Assembly (NCBI GenBank): GCA_046290465.1 | Contig: JBKAGP010000001.1 | Location: 3,104,001 to 3,168,000 of the forward strand | Length of the DNA: 64,000 bases | From: Planctomycetota bacterium | GTDB lineage: Bacteria; Planctomycetota; UBA1135; UBA2386 | Direction of reading: 5' to 3' | Part shown: positions 53,068 through 63,194 of the stretch, one piece after another | Layout of the letters: every line of letters starts with the position of its first letter | Position numbering within the stretch: the stretch's first letter is position 1 | Made by a program: the position numbers and the translations under genes | Notes under the pieces: model-generated | Told to the model about the DNA's origin: nothing | Databases searched by the model: none | The model's input: only the letters and a program-made list of their open reading frames with translations

Positions 53068-53298
53068 CGCTACGGTTCGTTCCGAGCGGCCGCGCGCGTC
53101 ACCGCGATCGCAGGTTTTTTCGCACCCTGGCCGAGATCACGCGTTCGTCGCACGTCGTCCGCGCTGCCGGCGCGCCAGCCGTTCGCCCGTCGCCCGAAGC
53201 CGAGCGCCCCCGCCATCGGCGACCGGTTCGGCCCCGTTCTGCACGCCGCGGCCCCCAGCACGAGGCAGATCGAACGGCACGACACCATCCCGACCAGT

Positions 53299-54213
53299 CT
53301 ATCCGTCGACCGCGACGATCCACGCCGCGCGCTCGTCGCTGGCGGCGCGCGCGCTCGCCTCGATCCGCTTGTGCGCCGCCTCGGCGGCCCACAGCGCCGT
53401 GCGCAGCTGCTCGATCGTCGCGGTGACGTCGTCGGTCGCCTGGTGGATGCGGCGATGCACGTACAGGTCGTGCGGCATCCGGTCGAACACCATGCCGGCG
53501 AGGTCGTGACCGTTGGGGAACGTGATCCGCTGCATCACGGCCGCCTGCGCGTGCAGCTCCTCCCCCATCCGTTCGAGCTTGCGCCCAGCGGCCTGCAGGT
53601 GCCGTTCGGCGTCCGCCAGGACCGGCACGCGGCCGGTGGCGACCACCCCACCGATCACGTCGGCGCCGAGCGCCTGCCGCGCCCGCTGCAGGCACTGCTT
53701 GGCGACCAGCAGCTCGCCCTCGGCATCGCGACCGAGCTGCACGGTCCTCGCCAACAGCGTGCGCTCCTCCTCGAGCGCGAACAGCCGGGCCGACGACTGC
53801 TCCAGCCGTTCTGCCAGTTCGCCGCCGCGCTCCCGCAACTCGACCTCGCGCGCGGCGAGCAGCTCCGCGAACGTCGCCGACGCATCGGCCAGCGCCTGCA
53901 CCTCCGCCGTCGCCCGATCGCGCGCACGCTCGAGCCCCGGGATCTCGTCGTCGGCCGCATCGTGCTTCGCACGCGCTTCGGCGAGATCGGCCTCGAGCTG
54001 CGCCCGCTGGCCACCACCGCCGAATGCCGCCCGCAACCGGCTCAGCGGCCCCGACGCTGCCTCGAGCCGCTCGGCGAGCGTGCCGACCTCACGCCGCCAC
54101 CGCGCCGCCAGCTGCTGCTTGTGCTCGAGGTCCCGCTCGGCCCGTTCGAGTTCCTGCCTCGCAGCGAGGTACTGCTGCCGTCGCGCGTGCGCCGCCGCGA
54201 GTTCACCGTTCAC
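53299..54213 (-). CDS. Coiled-coil hypothetical protein
   Basis: GAGGAGG SD before GTG at 54213; heptad-rich. Confidence 0.7.
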   Translation of the reverse strand: MNGELAAAHARRQQYLAARQELERAERDLEHKQQLAARWRREVGTLAERLEAASGPLSRLRAAFGGGGQRAQLEADLAEARAKHDAADDEIPGLERARDRATAEVQALADASATFAELLAAREVELRERGGELAERLEQSSARLFALEEERTLLARTVQLGRDAEGELLVAKQCLQRARQALGADVIGGVVATGRVPVLADAERHLQAAGRKLERMGEELHAQAAVMQRITFPNGHDLAGMVFDRMPHDLYVHRRIHQATDDVTATIEQLRTALWAAEAAHKRIEASARAASDERAAWIVAVDG

Positions 54214-54232
54214 CGCGCCTCCTCGAGCTCCA

Positions 54233-55300
54233 TCACCCCTCCCCGCAGTTCTGCAGCGCCGGAACCACCGCATCCTCGCGCGTCAGCTCGCGCGAGCGGC
54301 CCTCGTCGAAGCGGTCGTCGAACACCTCGTCGACCTTCGCGAACAGGTCCTCGGGCTGCCGCACGCGCACCAGCTGCTCGCGCGCCCAGACCGGCTCCGG
54401 GTGGTACTGCGCATACTTGATCACGTGCATGCGGACCGGCGGCAGCGCCCTGCGTTCGTCGCGGTAGAACGGCACCGCAAGCTGCCAGTGCCGCGCGATC
54501 GCGGCCCGTTGCTGTGCGCAGGTCGGCCGCAGCGGCATGCGGCCGTCGGCGAGGTCGCGCACCTGCTGGAACACGAACGGGTTGCCGATGCAGCCGCGCG
54601 CGACCGTGACCCCGTCGACGCCGGTCGCCTCGATCATGTCGAGCACGTCGTAGGCCGAGAACAGGTCGCCGCTGCCGAGCAGCGTGAACGCGCCGACGTG
54701 CCGTTTGACCTTGGCCAGGAACTCCCAGCGGCTGGGACCGATGTACTTCTGCTGCACGGTTCGCGGGTGCACGGTGGCGGCGCAGAGCCCCCGTTCGATG
54801 CCGCCCTCGAGGATTTCCCAGAAGCGCTTCTCGGCGTCGGGCGAGTCGTCGCTGCCGCGCCGCATCTTGACCGACACCGGCGCGTCCCCCTGCACCGACT
54901 GCACCACCGAATCGATGATCCGCAGCGCGGTCTCGGTGTCCTGCAGCAGCCAACCGCCGCGCCGGCGACCGAGCACCTTGTTGACCGGACAACCGAAGTT
55001 GATGTCGACGACGTCGTAACCGGCCTTGACCAGCTCACGCGCCGCATCGCCGAACGTCTCCGGCTGGCTGCCCATCAGCTGACCACCGACCGGATGGTCG
55101 TATTCCGGCACCGACAGGATGCGCCGCTGCAGCTTGCCCTTCTGCAGCACCAGCGAGTCCAGCACGACCTCGTTGATCGCATAGGTCGCACCGTGCTCCC
55201 GCGCCACCGCGCGCATCGCCAGGTCCGAATAGCCACTCAGCGCGGCCTGCACGGCAGGCAGCCCGACCTCGACGTCACCGATGTGCAGCGTGCGCTTCAC
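54233..55300 (-). CDS. dus: tRNA-dihydrouridine synthase
   Basis: QLMGS, DINFGCPVNKV, VKMRRG, TVHPRT, GSGD, ARGCIGNP. Confidence 0.93.
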   Translation of the reverse strand: MKRTLHIGDVEVGLPAVQAALSGYSDLAMRAVAREHGATYAINEVVLDSLVLQKGKLQRRILSVPEYDHPVGGQLMGSQPETFGDAARELVKAGYDVVDINFGCPVNKVLGRRRGGWLLQDTETALRIIDSVVQSVQGDAPVSVKMRRGSDDSPDAEKRFWEILEGGIERGLCAATVHPRTVQQKYIGPSRWEFLAKVKRHVGAFTLLGSGDLFSAYDVLDMIEATGVDGVTVARGCIGNPFVFQQVRDLADGRMPLRPTCAQQRAAIARHWQLAVPFYRDERRALPPVRMHVIKYAQYHPEPVWAREQLVRVRQPEDLFAKVDEVFDDRFDEGRSRELTREDAVVPALQNCGEG

Positions 55301-55318
55301 GCGCGACAGCGTGCCCGA

Positions 55319-56458
55319 TCAGCGGGCGGGCGGCCAGGGGGCCGCCTCGAACTCCCGCAGCCGAGCCCCGAACACCGCCTCGTCGTGCACACACCCCGCC
55401 GCGCGCGCCAGCTCCGCGCACCGCAGGTAGTGGTCGCGGTCGCGCGCCAGGTCCTCGCGGTTGATCAGCAGGAAGTTGTCCTGCTGGCCGTTGAGCCAGG
55501 CGAGGAACGCGAGGCCAGCCTTGTAGTGCTGCGTCGGCGCCTGGAACACGAACTGCCCGAGCTGCTCGCAGCGCTCCATGCGCTCGGTGAAGCCCTGTCG
55601 GTCGCCGGCCTGCAGCGACCCCAGCGCCGCCTGGGTCGGTCTGGCGATCGCGTCGAGGATGCCGAGCAGCGCGTGGCTGAAGTCTCCGAGCGCGACCTCG
55701 CGATCGCCGATCATCGTCGTGCGCGTCGGCGGCTCGCCGTCGCCGAGCATCAGCTGGCCGAAGTGGAAGTCGTCGCCGGTCAGCACGATCTGTTCGTACT
55801 CGAGCCGTTCGCGGCGCACGCGCTCCTCGAACGCCCGGTCGAGCAGTGACAGCTTGCAGCCGCGCACCACGGACGGATCGATCGCCATGATCTTCTCGAA
55901 GCTGCGGCCCGGGAAGTAGCCCTTCAGCGACGCCAGGAACATCGGACCGAGCCAGTGCAGGAACACCGGGCCGCGCACCTCGCGGATGATCGCCTCGTAG
56001 ACCTCGACGAACTCGCGCTCGTCGGCGCGCTGTTCGCACAGCCAGGGCATCGGCAGGATCACCGGGATGCCGCCGTGCGACGTGATGTAGGCACACTGTT
56101 CGACTACCGCGTCGATCAGGTGGCTGTGTCGCTCGATGCGCGGCAGCTGGTCGGTGCCGGCGCCGGCGCAGAAGCCGTTGGGCAGCGCCAGCGCGCCGGT
56201 CTCGGCGATCAGCCGGCGTGCCGACGGCCAGCCGAGGAAGAACCGCTGCGCGGTGTCCATCGCCTCGGCGATGCCGATGCCGCACGCGTCCATGTCGCGA
56301 CGCAGCTGCATCGTCGCCGGCCAGTCGATGTGCCGTTCGATCTCGGCCGCGTCGCCGGGCGTCGCGAGCGTGTGGTCGAGATCGCGGTACTCGGGCAGCA
56401 GCACGACGTGCAGGGCACCGTAGCACAGTCGGAAGGCGGGGGCGCGATCGGAAGCCAT
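55319..56458 (-). CDS. DUF993 family (DHDPS-like TIM barrel) protein
   Basis: IDWPAT, AEAMDTAQR, GAGTDQL, LHWLGPMF, KLSLLD, TGDDF, SHALLGI, YKAGLAFLAWLNG. Confidence 0.85.
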   Translation of the reverse strand: MASDRAPAFRLCYGALHVVLLPEYRDLDHTLATPGDAAEIERHIDWPATMQLRRDMDACGIGIAEAMDTAQRFFLGWPSARRLIAETGALALPNGFCAGAGTDQLPRIERHSHLIDAVVEQCAYITSHGGIPVILPMPWLCEQRADEREFVEVYEAIIREVRGPVFLHWLGPMFLASLKGYFPGRSFEKIMAIDPSVVRGCKLSLLDRAFEERVRRERLEYEQIVLTGDDFHFGQLMLGDGEPPTRTTMIGDREVALGDFSHALLGILDAIARPTQAALGSLQAGDRQGFTERMERCEQLGQFVFQAPTQHYKAGLAFLAWLNGQQDNFLLINREDLARDRDHYLRCAELARAAGCVHDEAVFGARLREFEAAPWPPAR

Positions 56459-56598
56459 GCCCGCAGTCGAACGGCACGGCAGCCGCGACGCAACGGTTGC
56501 GTCGGCTGCATCGAACGGGCAGAAGGCACCGATGGCAGCGGCAGCACCGATCCCGCACCTGCGGGCGTGCGCGGCGTGATAGACTTCTGCTGCGCAGC

Positions 56599-57126
56599 AT
56601 GTCCGACGAGACCAGGCCAGAGAGCGGCGAGCTGCCCGAGGACGTCTACGACGAGCTTCGGGGGATCGCACAGCAGCTGATGCGGAACCAGCGTCAGCCC
56701 GACACCATGCAGGCGACTGCCCTGGTGCACGAGGCCTATCTGCGGCTGCTCAAGTCGCCACCGCGCGAAGAGGTGCGCAACCGCGTCGCCGTGCTGGCGC
56801 ACACCATGCGCAACGTGCTGGTCGACCGCGCCCGCGCCCGCAACGCCGACCGCCGCGGCGGCGGCAAGCGACCGATCACGTTCAACTCGGAGCTGGTCGG
56901 CGGCCGGAGCGACTCCGAACTCGAGGTGCTCGCCGTGCACGACGCGCTCGAAGAGCTGGCCAAGGTCGACGAGGAGCTGGCGCGGTTGGCCGAGCTGCGC
57001 ATCTTCGGCGGGCTGCAGGAGCGCGAGATCGCGGCCGCGCTCGAGACCTCGCTGCGCACCGTCGAGCGGCGCTGGCGGCTGGCGCGGGCCTGGCTGCAGC
57101 GCGCCCTCGGGTCGCCCGGTGAGTAG
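56599..57126 (+). CDS. ECF sigma factor, TIGR02999/ECF43-like
   Basis: VYDELRGIA, TMQATALVHEAYLRL, MRNVLVDRAR, RTVERRWRLARAWL. Confidence 0.92.
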   Translation: MSDETRPESGELPEDVYDELRGIAQQLMRNQRQPDTMQATALVHEAYLRLLKSPPREEVRNRVAVLAHTMRNVLVDRARARNADRRGGGKRPITFNSELVGGRSDSELEVLAVHDALEELAKVDEELARLAELRIFGGLQEREIAAALETSLRTVERRWRLARAWLQRALGSPGE

Positions 57127-59695
57127 CGCCGCCGATCCGCAGCGGTTCCGCCGCGTGCAGGAGCTGTTCGACCAAGCGCTCGACCTGAACGCCGACGAAC
57201 GCACCGCGTTCTTGCAGCGCGCGTGCGGCGACGACGACGCGCTGCTCGAAGAGGTGCGATCGCTGCTGGCCGCGGACGACGCTCCCGACTGGACCGCCTC
57301 CGAGACGACCCAGGCGTTTGCCACGTCGTGGTCGTTGCCGGCGGGCGCGCGCATCGGTTCGTTCACGATCGTGCGCAGCATCGGCGAGGGCGGCATGGGC
57401 GCGGTCTACGAGGCGACCCAGGAACGGCCGCAGCGCACCGTGGCGCTGAAGACGCTGCGCGCCGGCTCCGACTCGGCGAAGTCGCGGCGGCGGTTCGAGT
57501 ACGAGTCCGAGCTGCTCGGCCGGCTGCAGCACCCCGGGATCGCGCAGATCTACGAGGCAGGCACCTTCCACGACGGCGACCGCGAGGTGCCGTTCCTGGC
57601 GATGGAGATGCTCGCCGACGCGCGCGACCTCGACCACCACGTCGCCGCGCGCCAGCTGCCGGCGACCGAGATCCTGCGCCTGTTCGCCGACGTCTGTGAC
57701 GCCGTGCAGCACGCGCACCAGCACGGCATCGTGCACCGTGACCTGAAGCCGTCCAACCTGCTCGTCGACCAGGACGGCCGCGTCAAGGTGATCGACTTCG
57801 GCATCGCGCTGGCGCTCGACACCGACGAGGTCCGCCGCACGCTGCGCACCGAGACCGGCGTCATCCTCGGCACGCTGGCCTACATGAGCCCCGAGCAGCT
57901 GGCCCCCGACGGCGGCTCGCCCGACGCGCGCACCGACGTCTACTCGCTCGGCGTGCTGATGTTCCAGCTGCTGACCGGGCGCCTGCCGCACGACCTCGAC
58001 ACGCTGCCGGTGCCGACGGCACTGGCGGTGATCGCCGAACGCGACCTGCCGCGGCTGGCCCTCTACGGCCTGCGCGGCCAGGAGCCGGTGCAGCGCGAGC
58101 TCGACTGGATCCTGCAGAAGGCGACCGAACGCGACGTCGCCATGCGCTACCAGACGGTGGCCGAGCTCGGGGCCGACGTGCGCCGCTTCCTCGACGACAA
58201 GCCGCTCGAGGTCGGGCCGCCGTCGACCTCCTACCGGCTGCGCAAGTTCGTGCGCCGGCACCGGACCGCGGTGCTCGGCGCCGCGCTGACGCTGATCGCG
58301 CTGGTCGCCGGCACCATCGCGACCGCGATCGGCTGGCACCGCGCGGTGCTCGCCGAGCAGGTCGCCGACGCCAAGCGGCTCGAGCTCGAGCAGGTGACGT
58401 TCGGGTTCTGGCAGACGACGCAGATGACCGCGCGCATCGACCAGATCAAGAGCGGCGGCATCTCGCCGGAGATGCGCGACCAGCTCGACGACGTCGCGGC
58501 GCGGCTCGACGCGGCCACCATCGAGGACCCGTTGATCGAGGCCGCGCTGCGGACGCGGCTGGCCAAGACCTTCCACGAGTTCGGCGAGGGCGCCGAGTCC
58601 AGCAGGCAGTTCCAGCGCGTCATCGCGCTGACCGAAGGGCGCGACGAGATGCCCGAGGTCCGGGTCGAGGCGCTGACGCAGTACGGCACCGTGCTGGTCA
58701 CCGGGGGCAAGGTCGAACAGGGCATCCGGCTGCTCGAGGAGGCGGTGGCGCTGTCCGAACGCAACCCGGGGCAGTTCCGCGATCCGCCGGCGACGCCGCG
58801 TTCGCGGATCGCCTACGCCTACCACCAGCTCGGTCGCTATGCCGACGCGCGCGACACCTACGACGCGGTGCTGCGCGAGCTGGCCGCGCTGCCGGACGGC
58901 GCCGCGCAACCCAAGCTCAAGCTGCAGGCGCTGCAGGGTCGCGGCAACGCGCGCCGCGCGCTCGGCGATCACGACGGCGGCCTCGCCGACATCCAGGCAG
59001 CGCTGACCTGGGCCGAGCAGAAGCTGGGCCTGCGCGACCACCGCACGCTGAGTGCGCGTTCGGACCTGGCCGTGCTGCTGCTGCAGGACAAGGCCAAGGC
59101 GCCGCAGGCCGAGGTGCTGCTGCGCGACGTCGCCGAATCGCGGCGCGACCTGCTCGGGCCGACCCACCAGAGCACGATCATCCCGGTGCTCAACCTGGCG
59201 TTCGCGCTGCACCGGCAGCACAAGTTCGCGGAGTCCGAGGCGATGTGCAGCGAGTACCTCGAGGCTGCGCGCGCCGCCGGCGAGACCAGCTCGACGCCGC
59301 TGCTGAAGCTGCGGTTCAACCTCGGCGTCGCGCAGATGATGCGCAAGCCGTCGCACCGCGCGGCGGCCGAGCGCACGTTCGCCGACCTGATGACCGACGG
59401 CGCCGACGTGCTGCCGCAGGACAACTGGATGCTGTTCGCGTTCCGCACGCGCTTCGGGATGTGCCGCGCCCAGGCCGGCGCCGAGGCCATCGACGATCCC
59501 GCCGAACGTCGCCGCTGCCTCGAAGAGGCGCGCGCCGAACTCGAACCCGCGCTGGCCGGCCTCGAGAAGACCCTCGGCCCCGACAACCGCCAGACCCGCG
59601 AAGCCGCCGGCGCACTGCTCCAGGTCCTCGACCACCTCGACGCCCCCGAAGCCGCCACCGCCCTCGCCACCCGCCTCAACCTGCAACGAAAGTAG
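57119..59695 (+). CDS. Membrane Ser/Thr protein kinase with TPR-like C-terminus
   Basis: GEGGMGAVY, VALK, HRDLKPSN, DFG, YMSPEQ, DVYSLG; TM; overlaps the ECF stop. Confidence 0.95.
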   Translation: MSSAADPQRFRRVQELFDQALDLNADERTAFLQRACGDDDALLEEVRSLLAADDAPDWTASETTQAFATSWSLPAGARIGSFTIVRSIGEGGMGAVYEATQERPQRTVALKTLRAGSDSAKSRRRFEYESELLGRLQHPGIAQIYEAGTFHDGDREVPFLAMEMLADARDLDHHVAARQLPATEILRLFADVCDAVQHAHQHGIVHRDLKPSNLLVDQDGRVKVIDFGIALALDTDEVRRTLRTETGVILGTLAYMSPEQLAPDGGSPDARTDVYSLGVLMFQLLTGRLPHDLDTLPVPTALAVIAERDLPRLALYGLRGQEPVQRELDWILQKATERDVAMRYQTVAELGADVRRFLDDKPLEVGPPSTSYRLRKFVRRHRTAVLGAALTLIALVAGTIATAIGWHRAVLAEQVADAKRLELEQVTFGFWQTTQMTARIDQIKSGGISPEMRDQLDDVAARLDAATIEDPLIEAALRTRLAKTFHEFGEGAESSRQFQRVIALTEGRDEMPEVRVEALTQYGTVLVTGGKVEQGIRLLEEAVALSERNPGQFRDPPATPRSRIAYAYHQLGRYADARDTYDAVLRELAALPDGAAQPKLKLQALQGRGNARRALGDHDGGLADIQAALTWAEQKLGLRDHRTLSARSDLAVLLLQDKAKAPQAEVLLRDVAESRRDLLGPTHQSTIIPVLNLAFALHRQHKFAESEAMCSEYLEAARAAGETSSTPLLKLRFNLGVAQMMRKPSHRAAAERTFADLMTDGADVLPQDNWMLFAFRTRFGMCRAQAGAEAIDDPAERRRCLEEARAELEPALAGLEKTLGPDNRQTREAAGALLQVLDHLDAPEAATALATRLNLQRK

Positions 59696-59715
59696 CGGTA
59701 CGGTACCTGGTTCAT

Positions 59716-59760
59716 CCTGCAACCCGCAGGCGACGAACGGTCCCTCCGCCCCCGTTCGTC
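59716..59760. terminator. Paired hairpins between convergent genes (possible terminator)
   Basis: CCTGC/GCAGG at 59716-59730 and GACGAACGG/CCGTTCGTC at 59732-59760; no U-tract. Confidence 0.4.
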
Positions 59761-61078
59761 AGGCGAAGCGCGCGACCATCGACACGATGATGACGAGCAT
59801 CGCGACGAACAGACCGCCGGTGGCCAGCAGGCCGGCCAGGCCGGTCTGGCGGTCGGCACCGAGGTAGCCCTTGCTGCGCTGCAGCAGCAGGAAGCCGACG
59901 TAGGCGATCGGCAGCATGGCACCGCAGATGATCGTCGTCGGGATCGCCAGGTAGACCGCGAGGTCGCCCCAGAACACCGGCGCCAGGAAGCCCGGCACCG
60001 GCAGCAGCATGCACAGGCGCTGCCGCAGCGAACCGAACGGCAGGCCGAACCACTCCATCGCGACGAAGCCGCAGCAGACCATGTGCAGCGTGATCGTGCT
60101 CAGCGCCATCGCGAGCATGCCGAGGTCGAAGATCAGCGTGCCGGCGACCGGCCCGACGACGTCCCCGAGCACGCCCGCCATCTTGCCGACGGCCGCCGAC
60201 TTGGACACGTCGACGTCGCCGAGCGTGTTGGCCGCCGCGATCACCATCAGCGAGCTCGCCAGCGCGTATGGCACCAGCATGCCGGCGAACAGGTCGAACC
60301 GCGCCAGCCCGCGGTGCTCGCGACCCCAGCCGCGCGCCAGCAGGCTGTAGGGGTAGAGCAGCAGCATGTTGATGCCGACCGCCGCGGCGATGCCGGCGAC
60401 GGCGAGGTCGATGCTGCGGAAGCCGTTGCGATCCTCCGGCAGGTTCGGGATGAAGCCCTTGGCGACGCCGGCCCAATCGGTCTCGGTATTGAGCAGCACC
60501 CACAGCAGCATCACGACGATGCCCCATACGGTGTACTTGAGGAAGCTCTCGTAGACGCGCACCAGCCGCGGGCTCTTGCCGTACATCGTCGACAGCAGCA
60601 CCGCCCAGATCAGCACGAACGTGCTGGCCGCCATCTTCGGCACGCCTTCGAGACCGAGGGTGTCGGCCGCATCGACCAGCGACGCCGCCGCGAGGTTGTA
60701 CTGCGGGAAATGCCAGACGATCGACGCGACCATCGCCGCGATCGCGAAGCCCCACGCGAGCGCCGGGTGCGTGTGCCGCGCCATCGCCGGCAGCACGCGC
60801 TCGCCGGTCGACAGCGTCTGGTGCGACACCGCCCCCATCGCCAGGATGCCGAGCAGCATGCCGATCGGCGCGACCCACAGCAGGTCGTAGCCGAACACCG
60901 CGCCGGCGAACAGGCTGCTGGCGGCGGTGCCGCTGCCGAGCGTCATCGCGCTCTGCAGGTAGCCGGGCCCGATGAACTTCAGGTAGCCGCCCCACCGCTG
61001 CAGGCGCGGCGCGCCGTCGAGGTTGGCGAGCACCTGCTTCTCGGCCGCGAGCTTCTGGGGATCGGGCGGCGCCGCCAT
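59759..61078 (-). CDS. Nramp-like divalent metal cation transporter family protein
   Basis: GPGYLQSAMTLGSG, GYDLLWV, AAVGINM; about 11 TM segments. Confidence 0.8.
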   Translation of the reverse strand: MAAPPDPQKLAAEKQVLANLDGAPRLQRWGGYLKFIGPGYLQSAMTLGSGTAASSLFAGAVFGYDLLWVAPIGMLLGILAMGAVSHQTLSTGERVLPAMARHTHPALAWGFAIAAMVASIVWHFPQYNLAAASLVDAADTLGLEGVPKMAASTFVLIWAVLLSTMYGKSPRLVRVYESFLKYTVWGIVVMLLWVLLNTETDWAGVAKGFIPNLPEDRNGFRSIDLAVAGIAAAVGINMLLLYPYSLLARGWGREHRGLARFDLFAGMLVPYALASSLMVIAAANTLGDVDVSKSAAVGKMAGVLGDVVGPVAGTLIFDLGMLAMALSTITLHMVCCGFVAMEWFGLPFGSLRQRLCMLLPVPGFLAPVFWGDLAVYLAIPTTIICGAMLPIAYVGFLLLQRSKGYLGADRQTGLAGLLATGGLFVAMLVIIVSMVARFA

Positions 61079-61137
61079 CCGCAGCCCCTGCCTGACCTGA
61101 TCGAGATCGCCGCCGTGTTGCTCGTTCACTGGATGCG

Positions 61138-62568
61138 TCACCTGGCGCCGTCGCGCAGTTCCTTGACCTTCTTGGCTTCGGGCATCGCCTTGTAGAACGG
61201 GTCGAGCGGGAAGCAGCCGCTGATCATGCCGTTGCGCGGGCCCGTGGTGCAATCGCTGAACGTGCGGCAGATGCGCTTGCGCTGCACGTCGTTGCCGGCG
61301 AGCACGTCGCGCGGCAGATCGGGGTAGCTCAGCAGCATGCGACCGAGGCCGACGAAGTCGACGTGGCCGCTGCGCACCTCGTGCTGGCCGCAGTGCGCCA
61401 GCCACTCCTGCAGGTAGGTGTAGCCGGTGCCGACGAACTTGAGCGCCGGCGCCGCCTGCTTGGCCGCGCGCACCGCGTCGAGGTGCACCTTGACGAACGA
61501 CAGCGGATCCGCCGGCGGCTGGTAGCCGTCGCTCGGCGGGTAGGCCGCCGGCCGCTGCAGGTGCGGGTTGTAGTAGGGCGAGCCGAGCGTCACGTTGACC
61601 AGCTCGATGCCGAGCTGCTGGTAGCGCTGCAGCAGCTCGAACGGCTCGGCCAGATCGAACGTCGCCGGGTCGTGCTGGTCGACGCCGAAGCCGTGCAGGT
61701 AGGGCCGTTCGCTGGCCATCGGCCGGCCCAGCCGCGTGTCAGGGTCCTTCTCGAACGGCACCAGATCCGCGAGCGACAGCCGCACGCCGACGTGCAGCCC
61801 GGGGCACTCGCTGCGGATGCCCGCGACGATGCGCTCGAACAGCCGGGTGCGGCCGGCGAGGTCGCCGCCGTAGCTGCCCGGTCGCTGGCGCGCGCCGAGC
61901 AGCTCGTGCAGCAGGTAGCCGTGGCACGACTTGACGTCGACGAAGTCGAAACCGGCCTGCTGCGCGAGCCCGGCGGACTTGACGTAGTTGTCGCCGATCG
62001 CTTCGAGTTCGCCGTCGCTCAGCACGTGCGCGTCGGCGGTGTGCGGATACTTGCTGCCGAGCTGCGGGTGGCGGTGCGCGACCAGCGGCGCCGGCGGACC
62101 GTCCGGCCGCGAGAACCGGCCACTGTGCGTCAGCTGCAGGCCGACGAACTGGTCGGCGGCCGCCATGCCGGCCTCGGCCGCTCCCTCGCGCAGCGACGCC
62201 AGCAGCTGCCGCATCGTCTCGCCCGCGTCGACGCCCGGATCGAGGTAGAGCTGGCGATCGTTGGCGCGCCCGTCGCGCTGCACGGCGAACGCCTCGCCGC
62301 CCCAGACCAGCGACGCGCCGCTCCGCCCGAAGTTGCGCCAGCGCCGCAGCGTCAGTTCGGTCGCGCGGCCGTCCGGCGTCCCGTCCCAGCCCTCCATCGG
62401 ATGGCACGCGAAGCGGTTGCCGAGCTCGCGGCCGTGCACCGTGATCGGCTGGCCGAGCGGACCGTTGGACTCGACCTGCTCGTCGATCGCCCAGTCGGCG
62501 TCGATGGTCCTCAGGTGGGCCGCGAAGTCGGACGCGGACCGGAAGTGGCCGGGAGCTTGGAAGCGCAC
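61138..62568 (-). CDS. NADH:flavin oxidoreductase (OYE-like)
   Basis: NRFACHPMEGWDG, LQLTHSGR, GFDFVDVKSCHGYL, GLGRM. Confidence 0.9.
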   Translation of the reverse strand: MRFQAPGHFRSASDFAAHLRTIDADWAIDEQVESNGPLGQPITVHGRELGNRFACHPMEGWDGTPDGRATELTLRRWRNFGRSGASLVWGGEAFAVQRDGRANDRQLYLDPGVDAGETMRQLLASLREGAAEAGMAAADQFVGLQLTHSGRFSRPDGPPAPLVAHRHPQLGSKYPHTADAHVLSDGELEAIGDNYVKSAGLAQQAGFDFVDVKSCHGYLLHELLGARQRPGSYGGDLAGRTRLFERIVAGIRSECPGLHVGVRLSLADLVPFEKDPDTRLGRPMASERPYLHGFGVDQHDPATFDLAEPFELLQRYQQLGIELVNVTLGSPYYNPHLQRPAAYPPSDGYQPPADPLSFVKVHLDAVRAAKQAAPALKFVGTGYTYLQEWLAHCGQHEVRSGHVDFVGLGRMLLSYPDLPRDVLAGNDVQRKRICRTFSDCTTGPRNGMISGCFPLDPFYKAMPEAKKVKELRDGAR

Positions 62569-62734
62569 GGGGAGAATGTCGGCAGGCGCGGGCGAGGTTG
62601 CAAGCGATCCGCCAGCTCCCCTCCGCGCCTTGCCCGCCCGCCGCCGCCGCCGACGTGTGCCGGTCCGCGATGCGAGCTACACTGGCAGCCCTCGCCGCTG
62701 CCCCTCGCGCGAGAACCACCCCTTCGAGCATGCG

Positions 62735-63190
62735 ATGATCCGTCCGTTCCTCGTGCTCGCCACCGCGTGGACCCTGTCCGCCTGTGGTGCGCCTCCCAAG
62801 CCCGAACGGCCGCTGTCGACGGCCGAGCCGGCCTCCCCGCCGACCGCGGTCGAAGCGACCCCGACGCGCGTGCGCGCCGCCTGCCCGCGGCTGGTCGGCA
62901 CCGTCACGCACGCCAACCGCCGCGTCTGCATGGTCCGCGTCGACGACAACCCCGACGGCGCCAGCGCCGAACGGATCGAGGCGGGGCTGCCGGCCTGGGT
63001 CGTGATCCGGCGCGACGGCAAGGAGGTCGCGCGCGTGCAGGCCGTCGCCTACGAACCGCTGGTCGACGCGCTGCTGTGCCAGCTCGGCCCGCGGCCACCG
63101 GAGTTGCGCATCGGCGACCGGGCGGAGACCACCCGCACGGTGCAGGCGGTCGAGCAGTTCGGCTGGCGCACCGACCGCGAGCAGCCGTAG
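62735..63190 (+). CDS. Hypothetical lipoprotein
   Basis: MIRPFLVLATAWTLSAC lipobox. Confidence 0.7.
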   Translation: MIRPFLVLATAWTLSACGAPPKPERPLSTAEPASPPTAVEATPTRVRAACPRLVGTVTHANRRVCMVRVDDNPDGASAERIEAGLPAWVVIRRDGKEVARVQAVAYEPLVDALLCQLGPRPPELRIGDRAETTRTVQAVEQFGWRTDREQP

Positions 63191-63194
63191 CGCG

